Shown here: positions 54,600 to 59,663 of the stretch, piece after piece
Numbering within the stretch: the first letter of the stretch is position 1
Layout: each line of letters opens with the position of its first letter
From: Octopus bimaculoides
Lineage: Eukaryota
Direction: 5' to 3'
DNA length: 59,663 nt
Assembly: GCF_001194135.2 (NCBI RefSeq)
Contig: NC_068992.1
Location: forward strand, 22,874,066 to 22,933,728
Program-made: the position numbers and the translations under genes
The notes under the pieces: model-generated
Told to the model about the DNA's origin: nothing
The model's input: only the letters and a program-made list of their open reading frames with translations
Database searches by the model: none

Positions 54600-55560
54600 A
54601 ATTTCATAGAAGACAGATTGTTGTTGAGTTCTTAACGAAACAATAGTGCAAACGGTTCACTATCCAGAGATGTCTACAAGATGGCTTAGGGTGATCACAC
54701 TTTTGACAATAGCAATGCACTCAGAGGAATACAATTGAAATGAAAGGAAACCAACACTGGGATGAAACCCCGTAGTGGAAGGAGATGGACTGCGACCAGT
54801 GACACAAATTAGCAGCGACTTGATGATTAGATGACACGAACAGATGATTCGTAATCAAGGAGTTGATACACAACTGCTCTATGTTTACAATAGATCGTAC
54901 GAAATGGGTGAAATTGTAAGTATGGAAAACCTTGTGCAAAGTCAGTAACTGGGCACTTGGTACTCGATTAAATGCGAGAAAAGTGGAAGTCTGCTTTCAT
55001 CGGCAGAGTTCGTAGTCGATGAAGAAGTTTTTGTTTATGATTTAGTGACCGATGATGAAAAGGAGCTATAGCATCATCATCGGGTAAAGAGGGCTGAATC
55101 TATGAAAGGGTGTCAAGCTTCTTCTCCTGGAGCTAAGATGTTCAAGAGCCAGTGATCGTCGCATGAAATCACGGAGATTGTTATGCGGTGGGGAGAGCAG
55201 TGTTGTTATTCTCGTTCATTTTATGGAACATTGCTGTACTTTCAAGAGCGGGTGGTACAAAGCGAAAATAAATAACGAGAGAAGAAAGTCAGAGAAACTA
55301 AAATTTCTGAAAAAGTTCCACATTCACTATCAAAATCCTTTAGCATAATTCTCTCTTGCAAAAATGAGGCAAATTCATCCGTTTAATGATATTACATCGA
55401 TCAGAGAGCCAAGACTTCAGTTATTTTCTTCAATGAAGGAAAATTCACGGAATGGCAATTTGATGACACACAAAGCTTCCCTAGTGGACCCGGCTACTAT
55501 ATCACATAGTACTCGATTACGGAGGAGTATAATGTAGAATATCTTGTAGTTGAAATCCAG
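54600..55560 (+). mobile_element. Heavily decayed mariner transposase, interrupted by a SINE fragment (~54945-55015)
   Basis: RQIVVEFLTK, PRSGRRWTAT (PRSGRP.TAT), SSPGAKMFKSQ (SSP.PKKFK.Q), VILVHFMEH..T (VILVDFLE.G.T), in order. Confidence 0.65.
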
Positions 55561-56011
55561 GAGATCCATTCAATGGAATGAGGAGTATAAAAACCATAAA
55601 ACTCACGAGGTATGAGAGGTGTATATATTTATTTAATCACTTGCTAATCATTGCATTACAGGTGTTTCGCAGCTTTCCCCATGTAATTATATTTTCAATG
55701 TATAATAAATTATTTTGCAAGTCTGCAACTACATTCAGGCTACTCCTTATACAACTCAGGTTTGAAGCATTCATGTAAACATGATGCGCTGGTAACCTAA
55801 ATACCCAGCCATCTTTATCTGCACTGTTTTGCAAATATATAGTTGTATTCCACAATGCATAACATGCATATTGGTGCCGATATGTAAAACAATTTCTTAT
55901 ACACTAATTGTTATTAAATGAAGAAAGCTGCGAAACGGCGGTAATTCTAAGGATAATAACGCTTAAATAGATTTAGCCATCTGTCAGCCCGCCTGACTTT
56001 TATGTTATATA

Positions 56012-57105
56012 TAGTATCTCACAGAAGTATGTACACCACTAAAAATTTTCAATAAAATTGCCATTAATGAAATATCATAGGAAATCAAACGAAATTTATA
56101 CTGAATAAGATATATGATATACGCAAACATTATACAAATTTGGAACATAAAAAACAATAAACATTTTCAAAGATATGAACGAAATATTAATTTTCAAACG
56201 TTATAAAAATATATACAACCTGAAGGAAATTTGCTACATTCAATATTTTATCCACCATTTTTACTAAATTTAGATATTGCTGATAATTTCAATTCTAATA
56301 AATTATTGCTCCTGGCATTTTAGCACCGGTCATTGTTAATGCATCTTCAGGAATTCTGATTTGTGTACCGTGGTGAAAATCTTCTTCATCGTGAATAGAA
56401 TGGCACCAAAAGAATTGCCTTAAGATTTGGAGAAATTTATTTTTAATTTGCTGCACAAGAATGGTAAACGAATTCGTATTAGCGTTCTGAGTTCAAATTC
56501 CGCCGAGGTCAACTTTGCCTTTCATCGTTTCGGGTTCGATAAATTAAGTCCCAGTTGCGTGATCGGATCGATGTAATCTGCTGGCCTCCTCCCCACAAAT
56601 TTCGGGCATTGTGCTTAGAGTAGATAAATAATTCAGACGTACAAGGCTACTGGACGGCTAAGCAATAAACATCGTCCAGACCGTCCTTGTATTTTAACTG
56701 CGCGTGATATTCCCCACATCTAACGTTGCGTGATGGACGACAGGCGTCGTACCGCTTCATCTTTGGCTCAACAAGTGTCACCTGTTAGTGGAAAGAGTGT
56801 ATCCGCCCAAAAAGTCTACCGAAGTTTGAGCCAGTGTGGTCTTGATGGACGTATTCCTCTCATCACTATCAGGCATAAATCAAGTCGTCTTTCTTTGTCG
56901 AAACCTATGTTAGTAAGAGGAAGGTGTTTTGGAATACAATTCTTTTTCTGACGAGACTAAAATCAACTTCTTTGCGTCAGATGGTATTAAACGAGTATGG
57001 CGACGGCCAGGTGCAGATAATAGCAACAAATGCATCGTGCCTACCGCGAAATATGACAGCGAAGAACAATAGATTCAAGGCTTTATTGTGACATATTGCA
57101 GAAAA
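56012..57105 (+). mobile_element. Tc1 (DD34E) element, 3'-truncated, with nested SINE
   Basis: TIR-like start agtatctcacagaagtatgtacacc after TA. Transposase DDRRRTASSLAQQVSPVSGKSVSAQKVYRSLSQCGLDGRIP...FWNTILFSDETKINFFASDGIKRVWRRPG. Confidence 0.88.
56470..56632 (+). mobile_element. SINE family A copy inserted in the Tc1 element
   Basis: gttctgagttcaaattccgccgaggtcaactttgcctttcatcgtttcgggttcgataaattaag. Confidence 0.88.
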
Positions 57106-57131
57106 GAATGTATGTATGTATGTGTGTCTTA

Positions 57132-57177
<46 letters not shown>

Positions 57178-57559
57178 TCAGTTACAAAGGAATGGTCGTG
57201 CTGGGGCACCACCGTTGACTGGTCTACACCATTCTTTAAAACTGCTTCTGATGTGGCATTTGGCGAATGAGAAAGTTTGACGCAGTTACCCCTATCTGGG
57301 TAACCTGCCATGAGGTAGGCTCATCTGCAACGTTCGACAGGAGGAAATCCAGTTTTGTTTTGAAGACACATCTACTCTACGCAGGTCTCTCAGGCATTTT
57401 GGAAGGATATTGCGGAACTGTGGGCCCTTGAAACCCAAGCTGTTGCAGTATCTTGTTACTTTTTTTGGAATTACATGGTTTTAAAGATTGTTCTGTTAAT
57501 ATTTAAAGCTTAATATGTAACCACCATAATTTAATTAATTAAATAATTAAAATGTGATT

Positions 57560-57960
57560 GGTCAAATGGTCAAATAAAACAATAAGTAACAATTGGCTCC
57601 ACTTTGAGATCTCGCGGATGCGCATTATTAATGACTAATGAGGTTAATCTGCTACACCCTTCATTTAAGGCTTCACATTTCCGGAATTTTGGAAATTCGT
57701 AAAAGTTGCTGAATTTGCAATCAAATATTGCTCTGTAGTCCGTTTCATTTTCCGGATAAAGGTGATAAGATTTGCCATTGTTTTGTATGGAATGCAATTG
57801 TTGATTTTTTGCATTATAGGTGTTGTCTTGAAGGAGAGTTATGGTAATGTCCACGATGACTACAGTTCTCCCTTTATCAGATTCTTGTTATTACTATACT
57901 ATGATCATCCTTGAGATCATTCATGATTTCCCATTTCCTCAGCTGGTATATGTTTTAAAT
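57560..57960 (-). mobile_element. Penelope-like RT N-terminal fragment
   Basis: ORF 57854-57570 FSNFYEFPKFRKCEAL...INNAHPRDLKVEPIV resembles SNFYGLPKIHK...P.DLK.RPIV. Confidence 0.68.
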
Positions 57961-59195
57961 TTCAAAAATGGGAGTTGTAAATTTAGACTCTCCTAAACTT
58001 GACATTTATTTTTTCCATTGGCCAACAGAAAATTCTCGAAACCCATTTGTTATTTGAATAAAGCTATTACAAAATTTAAAAACTACTACAGATTTTGAGA
58101 CTCTGGAGAATTTAAAAATTCTCTTATATTTCTTCCTGCGTGGGAATAAATTTCACAATATATATAATCTAACATTTAAAGGATGTCATACAAATACACA
58201 CGCATCATTATGCTTAGAGGAATGTGTGGTTATATATAGACGCATAGACGCACACGTATATGAATGTACCACCGGGGTTTGTAATTTTCCACCTCCGTGT
58301 ATCTTCGACATGTTAGATAACATGTTTTAAGCAACCAAACATTATAAAATCGTAAATTTTAGAAATTGATTTCTCAGAGTCTCTTCTATTTGTTTTCTCT
58401 CCATTTATATTAGTGTTTATGTTTCAATATGTAACACCTAATTTAATTAGATTATTAGTTTTGTAATGTTGTCTCTGAGATTTGAATGGTTTCTTAACTT
58501 TCCCGAACTTATGATATGACATAACTTTCAATGTCTTACATCTACGAATTAACAAACAATAACAAAATATACAATAAAAATATACATTATTTAGTCTGTC
58601 GTCATATTTAATTGAGTTTTTACATTTTTCTCATACGTCTTCATCATGAACAGAGGAAATCTGTAAATAATTTGTTAGTTTGAAACTCTAGCCACAAAGC
58701 AAACACACTACAGGCCCATATGCAACCTGGATAATGTCTGGGGTTACTTTGAAAAACTAGTTGAATACCCCCCTTGATTAAACAGAGACATTTGGCTATA
58801 AATCATCAGGGTCTATCCCTATATGTCATTTTTATAGGATTTCACCGAACTAAACGCTACATCACAGTTCTGCTGTCACATCTAACACACACTACGCATC
58901 CAGCTTAAAATAGGCTATTCCTCTAGGGCAAACATGTCTGAAGAGCTATCAATATTGTCAAATGCAATAGTTACCGTTAAATCGTGAGCGAAATTCAGAT
59001 GTGTTACATACCATAGAAATTAATATACTGGTTAATGGTGTATAAAAAAATAACCACTCTTTTGATCTTATTGAGGGTGCATTTTTCCGATTTAAAGAAA
59101 GCTGACTGAGATTTGATATATCTATGCTTTATGCATGTATGTAAGTACGTAGGTAGGTTGTTAGGTACGTACGAATGCATGTATGTACGTATACA

Positions 59196-59612
59196 TGACT
59201 GTGTGGTAAGAAGTTTGCTTCCCATCAACATGGTTTCAGCAACGGGTTCAGTCCCACTGTTGTAGTAGATTGGGAATGTACCTTCTACTACAGCCTCGGG
59301 CCGACCAAAGCATTTTGAGTGGATTTGGTAGAAGGAAACTGAAAGAACACCATCGTACATATATGTGTGCTCGTCTGTCTATCTTTCTGTGTTTCTGTCT
59401 AACTTTCTTTGTCTATCTGTTTGTGTTTTCCCCCGCCGCCGATTGACAACCGGTGTTGGTGTGTTTACCACCCGAAATCTAGCGATTCTGCTAAAGAGAC
59501 CGATAGAATAAGTACCACACATAGAAAATAAGTCCTGGTGTCGAATTGTACAGCTAAAACCCCTCAATACAGTGTTCCAGTTTGACTGCAGTCAAATGAC
59601 TGAACACTCAAG
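59196..59612 (+). mobile_element. SINE family C, near full length with internal microsatellite
   Basis: tgactgtgtggtaagaagtttgcttcc...gggttcagtcccactg...gcctcgggccgaccaaagc...ttgacaaccggtgttggtgtgtttac...gagaccgatagaataagtac...gcagtcaaatgactgaa. Confidence 0.88.
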
Positions 59613-59663
59613 GAATGAAAGTACATACATACATACACACACACACATATATATATATATATA

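Noticed and set aside
57180-57460. GC-richer block after the Tc1 fragment
   Set aside because: Probably another interspersed repeat, but there is no second copy or motif here to classify it

Overview
AT-rich, microsatellite-dense eukaryotic genomic DNA from a short-read scaffold, with 11 N-gaps mostly bounded by (TA)n or (TG)n arrays. The SINE families and repeat landscape look like octopus/coleoid cephalopod DNA; this is recognition from memory, not a database search. I cannot identify any intact host protein-coding gene, rRNA, true tRNA gene or CRISPR array. Most ORFs in the track are artefacts of simple repeats or N-gaps. What I can support is a graveyard of decayed mobile elements: four to five Tc1/mariner-superfamily transposase remnants, three Penelope-like fragments, probable L1/Tx1, RTE and Gypsy fragments, and about 20 copies or fragments of three SINE families. 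The most interesting unexplained structures are: (1) a ~190 bp nested fold-back at 20711-20902; (2) a candidate two-exon 36-aa transmembrane micropeptide at 12805-13620; (3) a chimeric SINE duplication at 2933-3219 and 5594-5880; (4) tandem and inverted SINE arrangements that could form dsRNA; (5) several weak candidate exons. All gene-model suggestions are inference and need RNA-seq or homology searches.
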